Translations under genes and position numbers: made by a program | The notes under the pieces: generated by a model | What the model was told of the DNA's origin: nothing | Seen by the model: only the letters and a program-made list of their open reading frames with translations | The model's database searches: none | Shown: one piece after another, positions 1-8,096 of the stretch | Numbering within the stretch: the stretch's first letter is position 1 | Layout of the letters: each line of letters opens with the position of its first letter | Source: a virus | Lineage: Duplodnaviria; Caudoviricetes | Length of the DNA stretch: 29,939 nt | Strand: one strand, 5' to 3' | Virus record (IMG/VR): IMGVR_UViG_3300020045_000828 | Span: 1 to 29,939 of that record

Positions 1-121
1 AAATTCTTTCTTTGCCGTGTCCCCGCTTATCGCTTCAGTATTTCCTAAAGCAACAATTCCGGTTGCTGTTGAAGCGTCTTTGACATAGGCTGAACCAGAC
101 CAATGATAAAAGCCATTCAAA
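1..121. repeat. Direct terminal repeat, left copy (circular assembly overlap)
   Basis: Bases 1-121 are identical to 29819-29939, and a minus-strand ORF reads in frame across the join. Confidence 0.97.
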
Positions 122-510
122 GCCGTGTTTGCATCATTTGAAACCTTGTAAGAAACAAGCAATGTGCCAACAGCCGGAAGCGTTGCAAAGGTTGAATAAA
201 CTTTGACGCCTGAATATTGATTGACTTCAAGGTTTTCAACTTTAGCTTTCAACTGTTCAACATCATATTCAGAAGCACCCGACCAAACAACCGCCAATAT
301 TGCCGCAATTGTCAAGGCTTGCGTTCCATAATTCACACCGTCAACAAGGAATTGACTGAAGTTTGTTGAATTTACAAGCTGTCTTTTTGTGTCATATATT
401 GAATATATTCCTATTCCGTTTAATCCTTGCTTTAATGGCTGATAAATCCTTGCAAATCTTATTCCGTCAAGGTCAAAATACTTTGCTGAAACTGTGTTGA
501 TTGTAATCAT
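1..510 (-). CDS. N-terminal part of tail spike/fibre with SGNH hydrolase (continues across the junction into 29818..27860; about 822 aa in total)
   Basis: ATG at 510, immediately after the holin stop at 512. Reads MITINTVSAKYFDLDGIRFARIYQ... with no stop and is in frame with the TTG at 120 (=29938): 390 nt apart. Confidence 0.9.
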   Translation of the reverse strand, partial: MITINTVSAKYFDLDGIRFARIYQPLKQGLNGIGIYSIYDTKRQLVNSTNFSQFLVDGVNYGTQALTIAAILAVVWSGASEYDVEQLKAKVENLEVNQYSGVKVYSTFATLPAVGTLLVSYKVSNDANTALNGFYHWSGSAYVKDASTATGIVALGNTEAISGDTAKKEF

Positions 511-511
511 T

Positions 512-1000
512 TCAATTTTCGTTTTTGGTTACTGTTAATGATTCAGTTTTTGCCTGTTCAATGGTTGACAAAAGCTTCTGAATTATGGACATTAAAGAAC
601 GCCTGATTGTGTTCAAAAGCATTGTTATATAGTCCGTATTTTCAAGCGGCTTCTTTGTCTTTATACTGATTATATTGGTAATACATGAAATTGCTTCAGA
701 TACAACAATAATGTCCATTACAGCAACAACAAAGTATTTGAAATCAAAAGACACAGCTTTTCCAATCAAGGCAACAATCAAAGGAATGATCAAAATTGAA
801 AGCTTTCCAACCATGCCCCAAAGCAATATTTTAAAGCTGAATTTTTGATCAAGGCGCAAGGCTTTGGCAATTCCAAGACCTGAATCAAGCGTCATCATAA
901 TAAATAAAATCATTACTATTTCAGCACTAATTCCAAGATAAACAAAGACGGCATAAAGCACGGTCTTTGTGAAGTCAATTTCAATTGAATTCATAATCAA
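512..1000 (-). CDS. Phage holin (holin family 4-like)
   Basis: 162 aa with three to four hydrophobic segments and the motifs 'MMTLDSGLGIAKA', 'GMVGKL' and 'EAISCITNI'; lies next to a spanin-like gene. Confidence 0.8.
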   Translation of the reverse strand: MIMNSIEIDFTKTVLYAVFVYLGISAEIVMILFIMMTLDSGLGIAKALRLDQKFSFKILLWGMVGKLSILIIPLIVALIGKAVSFDFKYFVVAVMDIIVVSEAISCITNIISIKTKKPLENTDYITMLLNTIRRSLMSIIQKLLSTIEQAKTESLTVTKNEN

Positions 1001-1629
1001 AAAAGTTTTATTGCAATTCCTAAATGAACCCGCTTTTCATTGTCACAACCAACAGATAAAAGCCTTTTTCCGGTCTTGTTCATCATGTAAAGATTTAGAC
1101 CCACAACAGGAACTTCAGCTTGCTTTGTTGGAATACAAGTGAAAGCACCCGCGAAGAATGAAGGCTTTGCTTTATTGGTTTGAAATTGAACTGTCTTTGC
1201 TTTGGTTAAATAGTCAATTGATTGTTTCTTCATTGTTCCTGTCACTTCAGTCTTGACGGTTATTGTCTGAACTGAATCTTCAAGCGTTTCAATGTACAAT
1301 CTTTCAGTCACGGCTTCCTTGTAAAGCGTCAAGGCTTTCAAGCTGTCATTGTCCTGAATTGCCTGTTCATATTTCTGAAGCAATTCTTTGTTGATAGGAT
1401 TTTCAACCGGAACAATTTTTTCAATGATCTTTTTGCCTTTGGCTTCGGTATAAAAAGTGTCAATCCTGATTTCAGGAATTGGATTGTCAATGACTGCTTC
1501 ATTGCTTTGCGCCGGAATGACAACTTCTGTGACTTCATTCTTATTTCTTCCAATGGTGAAGACATAAATCAGCAATATTAAAATGATTGCAAAAGGAATG
1601 TTTTTTTTGTTTAAAATTAAACTTTTCAT
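997..1629 (-). CDS. Membrane-anchored lysis accessory protein (spanin-like)
   Basis: N-terminal TM helix (FAIILILLIYVFTIG), helical middle, C-terminal amphipathic beta strands ending in Phe; overlaps the holin start. Confidence 0.45.
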   Translation of the reverse strand: MKSLILNKKNIPFAIILILLIYVFTIGRNKNEVTEVVIPAQSNEAVIDNPIPEIRIDTFYTEAKGKKIIEKIVPVENPINKELLQKYEQAIQDNDSLKALTLYKEAVTERLYIETLEDSVQTITVKTEVTGTMKKQSIDYLTKAKTVQFQTNKAKPSFFAGAFTCIPTKQAEVPVVGLNLYMMNKTGKRLLSVGCDNEKRVHLGIAIKLF

Positions 1630-1666
1630 GATTTTTGATTTTTGGTTTTAAATGATTTATTTGTTT

Positions 1667-2104
1667 TTATTCTTTGGCGTCCTGATATGGAAAAACGTCA
1701 ACAATGTTTGAAGCTGAAACTGAAGTGACAGCATAAGGAACAAGCAAATAGTCAAGGCTTGAATTCATCCTGTTCAAAGCTTCCTGAACATTGTCAGCCA
1801 TGACAAGGAAGTTTTCCTTGATCTTCTTTTCTTTCTTTGCGCCTTCATCAAGTGTCACCATTGAAACGCCAACCTTGAACCAGAATTCACCGTCTTCAAA
1901 GGCAAACAATTCAACAATTTTTGAAGTCTTTATTGAATCAATCCTGAAGTCACCCCTGACAGATTCTTCCATTGCTTTGAAAGTCTTTGCTTCAGCGTCC
2001 GTCCAATTTACAGCGTCAAAAAGATAGGCTTCAGAAACCTTCTTTTCTTTCCCGTCTTCACCTGTCTTTCTATATTTGACTTTTACTTCAAAATACTTTT
2101 TCAT
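1667..2104 (-). CDS. DUF4494 family protein
   Basis: 'YFEVKVKY..TGEDGKEKKVSEAYLFDAVNWTDAEAK' plus a second similar half ending 'IVDVFPY' match the Bacteroidota DUF4494 pattern. Confidence 0.8.
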   Translation of the reverse strand: MKKYFEVKVKYRKTGEDGKEKKVSEAYLFDAVNWTDAEAKTFKAMEESVRGDFRIDSIKTSKIVELFAFEDGEFWFKVGVSMVTLDEGAKKEKKIKENFLVMADNVQEALNRMNSSLDYLLVPYAVTSVSASNIVDVFPYQDAKE

Positions 2105-2610
2105 AGTCTTGAAATTCTTAATGATGAAAATGAAGTTCCTGTCTTCTTATTCTTGCAATATCTTGCAAAAGCAACAGGATTTGAAACAATATACTTGTCA
2201 ATGAATTCAAACTTGATACCCGCGTCAATTTGCGCTTGTTTTGACAAGTCTTTGATTGTGTTCCGGTCTGTTCCTTCAGAATCTTGTGAAAGCTTTGAAA
2301 CCGCACCAAAAGGCGTTAAATTCACGTTTATTGTTTGAATGTATCTTGCAAATGTAAAATCAGCAAGCAAGCGTTTAATTCCGGCGTGTTTGTAGTCAAG
2401 ACCGGCAACAGTAAATTCAGAACCGTCAAGCAAATCTTTGAAAGATTCTTCAGTTGCATTCTTCAGAACATCAAAATAGAAGTCACCCAATATTTTCAGA
2501 AGGTCTGATTGTTGTGCAAGTGAAATTGCTTCTTCAATCTTTGCCGTGTCAAGCTTCGCGGAAATATTCCTGAAGCTTGCAAACTCTAAAGCTGTAATTA
2601 ATAGATTCAT
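2101..2610 (-). CDS. Putative head-tail adaptor / head completion protein
   Basis: 169-aa mostly helical protein directly after the portal; call rests on position and size. Confidence 0.5.
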   Translation of the reverse strand: MNLLITALEFASFRNISAKLDTAKIEEAISLAQQSDLLKILGDFYFDVLKNATEESFKDLLDGSEFTVAGLDYKHAGIKRLLADFTFARYIQTINVNLTPFGAVSKLSQDSEGTDRNTIKDLSKQAQIDAGIKFEFIDKYIVSNPVAFARYCKNKKTGTSFSSLRISRL

Positions 2611-2621
2611 TCTGTTTAATT

Positions 2622-3779
2622 TTATACTGTTTTGACTTCGTAAGGATTCACAACAGAAAGACCCGCGTCAATAGGCTTTGCAAACTTCTTCATGATCAGG
2701 CTGAATTGTTCTTCAAACTGATTCCTGTCTTCTTCGCGGCTTTCCCACAATTGACGCTTTGCTTCCTTTAGAAATTCGCCTGAATTACCAAACAAGGAAT
2801 TGTCAGAAGGATTAATCAGCATAAGCGGAACTTCAAAGGCTTTGCAAATATTCTTTTCAGCTTGCTTGTCTGAATATTCAAACAACTTGTCATTGTATTC
2901 ACCTGATAAGTCAGAAAGGTTGATTTGTTTTGAAAGGTCATCAGACTGTTGACCCGCTTCCAGAAGAACAACTTCACTTGAATTTTCCGCGCCCCTGACA
3001 AGGTTTAAATCTTTCTTGAAGTCTTTCCTGTCTTCATCTGTTGCGAATGGTTGAACAACAAGAAGCTTTGTGTTCAAGAATCCTTTTTGCGCGCCCTTGC
3101 TTCTGAAGGTTTGTGAATTGGATTCAAGAAGCATTTCAGAAAGAACCGGTTCAGCATCAGTCAAGGAATAAACAAAAGCTGAATCTTTCTTTATATGAAG
3201 GATTTGCCCGTTGTAATTTGAAATAATATCTTCAATCTTTGCGTCCTTTGCGTCCTTTCCGGCTTGCTTCCTGATTTGACCTTCAATGACTTTTGGGTCT
3301 GGATTGAACCTGTCACAAACAAGGAAGTCAGAAGGCTTGATTGACTTCTTTTTCTTCTTGTCCCAGTTGTCATATATCAGAAACTTTCCTGAATATCCTT
3401 TGTCATCAGCTTTCCCGACCCTACCTTCAACAACAGGAACAACAACAATTGAACGAATTTCAAAGGCTGAATTGTACCCTATATGTAAGTAACAATTATT
3501 ATGAATTGCATATTGACGCGCGGCAATTCGCAACACTTCATTCAGGCTTTGTCCTTTGCTGTTGACAATAACCTTTCCGGCTTCACCGAAAGATTTGCCA
3601 TAAATAGCTTTAGCAACCTTTCCGGCGCAAGCCTTTGCAGTCACAGACATTCCGATCAAAGCTTCAACCATTGAAGGGAAAGCATTGTCAGAACCAAAAT
3701 TGAAGCATTCAGTCCGCTTGTCAATCTTGACGTCAAGGATTGAAGCGGAAACTTGATTGAAGTGTAATTTCATTGTCAT
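2622..3779 (-). CDS. Portal protein
   Basis: 385 aa; N-terminal 'FGSDNAFP', 'GAENSSEVVLLE' and C-terminal 'NICKAFEVPLMLI' are typical portal motifs. Confidence 0.8.
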   Translation of the reverse strand: MTMKLHFNQVSASILDVKIDKRTECFNFGSDNAFPSMVEALIGMSVTAKACAGKVAKAIYGKSFGEAGKVIVNSKGQSLNEVLRIAARQYAIHNNCYLHIGYNSAFEIRSIVVVPVVEGRVGKADDKGYSGKFLIYDNWDKKKKKSIKPSDFLVCDRFNPDPKVIEGQIRKQAGKDAKDAKIEDIISNYNGQILHIKKDSAFVYSLTDAEPVLSEMLLESNSQTFRSKGAQKGFLNTKLLVVQPFATDEDRKDFKKDLNLVRGAENSSEVVLLEAGQQSDDLSKQINLSDLSGEYNDKLFEYSDKQAEKNICKAFEVPLMLINPSDNSLFGNSGEFLKEAKRQLWESREEDRNQFEEQFSLIMKKFAKPIDAGLSVVNPYEVKTV

Positions 3780-3798
3780 TGTCAGTTTTTTTTTATGA

Positions 3799-3840
3799 AA
3801 AAGGCTTCACCGTACTTCTGAAAGCAAAGCAAAGCCTTTT
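3799..3840 (-). terminator. Possible stem-loop/terminator upstream of the portal gene
   Basis: AAAAGGCTT (3799-3807) and AAGCCTTTT (3832-3840) form an inverted repeat with a long loop and a T-run on the minus strand. Confidence 0.3.
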
Positions 3841-3864
3841 AGTTTCTTGTGGCTTCCGTACTTT

Positions 3865-4623
3865 TTAAGCTTTTATCTTGTCAATGAAATCTTTTATTGA
3901 CGTTGCTTTGATTTCTGGATATTTGGCGCGCAATTCCTTCAATGATAGTGTTGAAAGGTCTTGAACGTCTTCAGAAGTTCCGGTTGCGTTTGCGGCGGCT
4001 AATTCACCAGCAATTTCAGCTTCTTCTTCAGCGGTTAAAGTTCCGGCTTCAGTTCCGGCTTCTTCTTTTCCTTCTTCAGTTTCATCAATGTTGCCTTCAG
4101 TTTGCGTTCCGGCTTCAGTCAAAGTCTTTTCAGAAGTTCCGGCGGCGGCTTCAGGTGAAGTTATTCCGGCTAATTTTTCAGATTTGTCAGCGGCGGCTTG
4201 AAGTTCAGCTTCAATTGCAAGGCGGTTCATTTTTTCCTTTGGTGTTTCTTTGTCAACGCCGTCAATCAGGATTGTTTCCCAGTTGGAAGGATAGACGGCA
4301 AACAAACTGATTCTTGCTGGATTTGTCCGCAAAAATTCAATTGCTTTTTCATCTGTCAAGTTTCCGTTTGAAATGGTTGTTCTGTCACCTTTGGCGTTTT
4401 TATATTGCGCGGCGTGACGTTTAAATTTAAACTGTGTCATTCTGTAAATGTTTTTAAGTGAAAGAATCATATAGTTAATATCTGAAGGACAAGAACGGCA
4501 AACGCGCCGCCCTGTCTTTTCAAGATAATCAGAAGCAAGCAATTCAATGTTCTTCAGAATATCCTGTTTAGTTCCTTCAAGTATTTCAATGATTGACAAT
4601 GATTGTTTTTTTTCAACAAACAT
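3865..4623 (-). CDS. Hypothetical virion-associated protein with CxxC, acidic EAGT-rich linker and short C-terminal helical domain
   Basis: 252-aa ORF in the late operon with 'VCRSCP', a low-complexity acidic linker and C-terminal 'DLSTLSLKELRAKY' (HeH/Rho-N-like). Confidence 0.6.
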   Translation of the reverse strand: MFVEKKQSLSIIEILEGTKQDILKNIELLASDYLEKTGRRVCRSCPSDINYMILSLKNIYRMTQFKFKRHAAQYKNAKGDRTTISNGNLTDEKAIEFLRTNPARISLFAVYPSNWETILIDGVDKETPKEKMNRLAIEAELQAAADKSEKLAGITSPEAAAGTSEKTLTEAGTQTEGNIDETEEGKEEAGTEAGTLTAEEEAEIAGELAAANATGTSEDVQDLSTLSLKELRAKYPEIKATSIKDFIDKIKA

Positions 4624-4635
4624 AATAAAGAGAAT

Positions 4636-4671
4636 TTAAAAAGGCTGAACAATTTTTGTCATTCAGCCTTT
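4636..4671 (-). terminator. Rho-independent terminator after the capsid and tail tube genes
   Basis: AAAGGCTGAA (4640-4649) / TTCAGCCTTT (4662-4671) stem with a T-run on the minus strand, just past the stop at 4675. Confidence 0.65.
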
Positions 4672-4674
4672 AAA

Positions 4675-5253
4675 TTATACGACAGCAAACAAAGCGTCAA
4701 AGGTTGCTTTTGAAACAACATAAGAAGTTTCAAGAAATACGTTGTAAGGATATTGTTCAACGTCACCTTCTTCAGTTGCAAGCGTGAACAGAATTGAACC
4801 TGAATTTTCAAGCGTGTTTTCTGTCATTTCAGAAAGCTTCATTCCGCAATCCCAGCCGCGAACCTTAAAGGCTTCAACGTTCAAAAGACCTTTGTATTTG
4901 CTTTCATAAACCACAACAAAACGCCCGTTCTTTAATTCATTTGCGGTTTCAGCGTGTTCAGCGGTTGTTGTTCCTATTCTTGCAAGGAAGCTGTGAAGGA
5001 AGCCGTCAACGTTTTCTGTTGAAGGCGCAAATGAACTGTTTGAACTTGCAAGGTCTTTATACCATTCAACCGCAATTCCGGTTGTTCCGGCTTTCAATGC
5101 AAGTTCAGTAATTTTTGAACCAGCCTTTGTTGAACCCGCAAAATCAATGTCATCCCAGTTGATCAAAACAGCTTTTCCGCCGTCAATACCTTTCTTTGGC
5201 GCGTCCGCGCAATCGAAAAGAATGTCATTTGTTACTTTTTTATTACAAGCCAT
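4675..5253 (-). CDS. Major tail (tube) protein
   Basis: 192-aa beta-rich protein ('MAC...ILFDC...GIDGG.AVLIN', 'RFVVVYE', 'GWDCGM') following the capsid gene and preceding a terminator, as expected for an abundant structural protein. Confidence 0.6.
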   Translation of the reverse strand: MACNKKVTNDILFDCADAPKKGIDGGKAVLINWDDIDFAGSTKAGSKITELALKAGTTGIAVEWYKDLASSNSSFAPSTENVDGFLHSFLARIGTTTAEHAETANELKNGRFVVVYESKYKGLLNVEAFKVRGWDCGMKLSEMTENTLENSGSILFTLATEEGDVEQYPYNVFLETSYVVSKATFDALFAVV

Positions 5254-5339
5254 GTTGTATAGATTTTTTTATGAAGTTAGATTTCTTGAAAGGAAGTCTG
5301 AATTTCTTCAAGCTTCCAGTTCAATCACCTAAATCCAAA

Positions 5340-6254
5340 TTACACACTCAAAGTGAATTCAACAAGTTCATCAATATTCACAGGCGTCACACCTGATTTT
5401 GCTTTTGTTCTGAAATAGGTCTTGTCATCATCTTCAGAATACCAAATTTTCATAAGTGTTTCTTCGTCTTCAACGTCCATTCCGACAACAAAGGAAGAAC
5501 CGCGTCCGGCAAACATTCTGTCAGTTCCATTCAACCCGCGAACCTTGCGCAAGATTTTACCTGAACCACCAATTTTATAAGTTTCACCGTCATTTTCAGC
5601 ACTAAAGAAATAATTGTTCGCGGCTTTCACGGCGGCAATGTAAAGGTCAAAAGTGTCGTTCCCTACAAAGACGGCAAAGTCTTCAGCGTCTTTCACGTCA
5701 ACATCAGCGGCAACAATCATGTCATCAACCAAACCAACAACATTTGCTTTTGTGATTTCTGTTGCATTTGATGTGTTTCCGTCAACGGCGTCACCGTCCG
5801 CGTCAATCTTCTTAATGAAGCCGTCAAATAAAGGATAAGTTCCGGTTGTGTCACCTTGCCAGTATGTCAATTCAAGTTGTTTTTGAATTGACGAAACTTT
5901 CACGTCAACAACTTTTTCTTGCCACATTTGCGGCGTGTCAGCATTTGAAGAGCCGGGCGCAAGTACTGTGTTTGGAAACTTTTTCTGAAGGTCATCCTGA
6001 CAGAATCCTTCATAATATTCCCATTGCTGAACTTCAATAAAAGCTTCAGTCACGGTTGTTGTTCCTGAAGGCGTTTTGCAAGTTCCTTTCTGAATTGTTG
6101 CGTCACCTTCAATTTTTGGGATTGAAGTTTTCCCTTTCACGTTTGTCATGAAACGTGCAAATTTTCCTGTGTCCCCGCCGGAAAATAGCGTTGCAGTCAA
6201 AAAGGCGTTTTCCCTTGCTACATAGTCAGTAAAGCCTGTTACATCGTAAGCCAT
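5340..6254 (-). CDS. Major capsid protein (HK97-fold)
   Basis: 304 aa directly after the protease-scaffold; 'ELTYWQGDT', 'FDGFIKKI' and terminal 'FRTKAKSGV' fit capsid proteins. Confidence 0.85.
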   Translation of the reverse strand: MAYDVTGFTDYVARENAFLTATLFSGGDTGKFARFMTNVKGKTSIPKIEGDATIQKGTCKTPSGTTTVTEAFIEVQQWEYYEGFCQDDLQKKFPNTVLAPGSSNADTPQMWQEKVVDVKVSSIQKQLELTYWQGDTTGTYPLFDGFIKKIDADGDAVDGNTSNATEITKANVVGLVDDMIVAADVDVKDAEDFAVFVGNDTFDLYIAAVKAANNYFFSAENDGETYKIGGSGKILRKVRGLNGTDRMFAGRGSSFVVGMDVEDEETLMKIWYSEDDDKTYFRTKAKSGVTPVNIDELVEFTLSV

Positions 6255-6278
6255 TGTTGATAAATTTTAAGTTAATAA

Positions 6279-7595
6279 TTATTGTTTTTTTGTTCTTGTC
6301 AATAGAACTGAAGCTTGTGAAGGCTTCACTTCAGGCGCGCTTTCCTGTTCACGTTCTTCAGCGTTGAATTCTTTGCTTCCAAACTTCTTTTTCAAAGCTT
6401 TGATTTCATTGTCCTTCAGAACAAGACTTGCTTCAAATTCAGCTTTCAATTCTTCCTTTGCTTTTTTTGTTACCTTTTCAAGCAACTTATCAAAGGTCAA
6501 TTCAGCGGAAATCTGAACTTCTTCTTCCTTTGCGGCGGCGGCTTCTTTAATCAGGACAATGACGCCTGTTGCATCAGTCACAACGCGTCTTCCGTCTGAC
6601 AACTGAAATTCACCTGAACCGATTGTCACTTCATTCCCGTCCCAGTCTTTATATTTGACAACGTCACCAACAGCAAAAGTTGTGTTTACAACTTCCATTG
6701 TCCAAACTGAAATTTGTTGAACTTCTTCAGCAATAACTTCAGCCGGAACTTCAACTTCCGTTTCTTTTGGAAGCACTTCAGAAACTTTGCCGCTAACAAA
6801 GACAAGCGTTGATTCTTCAACGGACGGCATAATATAAGAACCGTCTGGAATTGGCGCGCCGTCAATGGTTGCCGCGTCCCCTACTTTTGGAACGTCACCC
6901 GCCGCAAGATCAGGAAAGACAATGTCAGTTCCGTTTGAATCCTGAAGCGTCATTTCAGCGTTTATTTCAACGCTGTCATCTTCTTTCAAATATGCTGAAA
7001 TATCAGCAAGCAATTTTTTGAAGAAGTTTTTGTCTTTCTTCTTTTCCGTCATCTCATAATTTTTAGATTCATGAATATTTAATTCAGCAACAGCTTCAGC
7101 CGTCACTTTTATTTTTGTGGCAAATCCAAAGTCAACAGCTTCAGAACCGGAAATGAAGGTTTCATTGTCAAGAAGGTTTCTGACTGTTGCTTCATCAATT
7201 GCAAGGAATTCAGAATAAAATGAAGCAAAGTCATTTTCCATTGTCCGCAAAGCTTCAGCAACCATTTCAAGACGTTCAGCATTTCCTTCAACTTTCGCCC
7301 AAGCAAAATGTATCATTAAAGCCTTGTCAATGTCTTCAACAATTCTTTCACGTCCGGCGGCAAATATTTTTGCGGCAATTGAATAAGCTTTGTCTGTGAT
7401 TGTGGTGACCGGAATTTCAGCGTCAATTCCTTTCAAATAAGTATAAATTGATTCACCTTGTTCAACGTTTCCGCCTTGTGAATGAATAACCGCGTCAAGT
7501 GAATCAGGACTGTCAAAAGACTTGAATTGTCTGATAACATCAACAAGCGTTGTGTCCGTTCCTATCTTTCCAGTAATATAAACTATTGCCTTCAT
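6279..7595 (-). CDS. ClpP-type prohead protease fused to a scaffold region
   Basis: ClpP motifs 'IHSQGGNV', 'AYSIAA' (Ser), 'LMIHFAW' (His), 'ETFISGSEAVDFGFA'; acidic coiled-coil C-terminus. Start set at ATG 7595. Confidence 0.85.
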   Translation of the reverse strand: MKAIVYITGKIGTDTTLVDVIRQFKSFDSPDSLDAVIHSQGGNVEQGESIYTYLKGIDAEIPVTTITDKAYSIAAKIFAAGRERIVEDIDKALMIHFAWAKVEGNAERLEMVAEALRTMENDFASFYSEFLAIDEATVRNLLDNETFISGSEAVDFGFATKIKVTAEAVAELNIHESKNYEMTEKKKDKNFFKKLLADISAYLKEDDSVEINAEMTLQDSNGTDIVFPDLAAGDVPKVGDAATIDGAPIPDGSYIMPSVEESTLVFVSGKVSEVLPKETEVEVPAEVIAEEVQQISVWTMEVVNTTFAVGDVVKYKDWDGNEVTIGSGEFQLSDGRRVVTDATGVIVLIKEAAAAKEEEVQISAELTFDKLLEKVTKKAKEELKAEFEASLVLKDNEIKALKKKFGSKEFNAEEREQESAPEVKPSQASVLLTRTKKQ

Positions 7596-7863
7596 GCCCT
7601 GTTTTAAGTACTTCAACGGCATCAAATATATATTTATATTGCTGTCATTTCATATTAGAAAAATAGTTTTCAAAATTAGTTTACTTATATTCTTGCTTTT
7701 TAAATTAATTAAGTTTTACTTTGTTTTACTTTGTTTTACCTGTATTTTTATAACAAGTTAATTGTCAATTGATTATATTTTTAAACAATGTTTTTAAACA
7801 AAAAGGAAGGTTTTTGAAGAATTTATCAGTTCAAAAATCAAAACCTTTGCAAAAATTAGCACA
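7596..7863. promoter_or_regulatory. Divergent AT-rich control region between the late and early arms
   Basis: Minus-strand TAnnTTTG boxes at 7623-7630 and 7671-7678; GTTTTAC repeated at 10-bp period at 7713-7742; TTTTTAAACAA at 7778-7788 and 7791-7801. Confidence 0.7.
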
Positions 7864-8085
7864 ATGAACACAAATCAGCCTTTTGACTACACCGTGACAA
7901 GAAAGTCTTTCACGTTCACCACTTGTCCAAAGTGTGACGGTTCAGGCGTCCGGCGTCATACTTTCCGAAAAATGGCATTCATTGAAGATTGCCCGCATTG
8001 TGAAGGAACAGGATTGAAAACTTTTGTCATAAATGAAGAAGTTTCACTTATAACCGTATTGAAAGAACTGTTAATTCTTAAATAA
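7864..8085 (+). CDS. DnaJ-type zinc-finger protein (paralog 1)
   Basis: Two CxxCxGxG motifs (CPKCDGSG, CPHCEGTG). Confidence 0.75.
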   Translation: MNTNQPFDYTVTRKSFTFTTCPKCDGSGVRRHTFRKMAFIEDCPHCEGTGLKTFVINEEVSLITVLKELLILK

Positions 8086-8096
8086 ATTACACACAC

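Noticed and set aside
5254-5339. Structured RNA between the capsid and tail tube genes
   Set aside because: Only a weak interrupted inverted repeat (TTGAA..GGAAG / CTTCC..TTCAA) built from words that are over-represented genome-wide.
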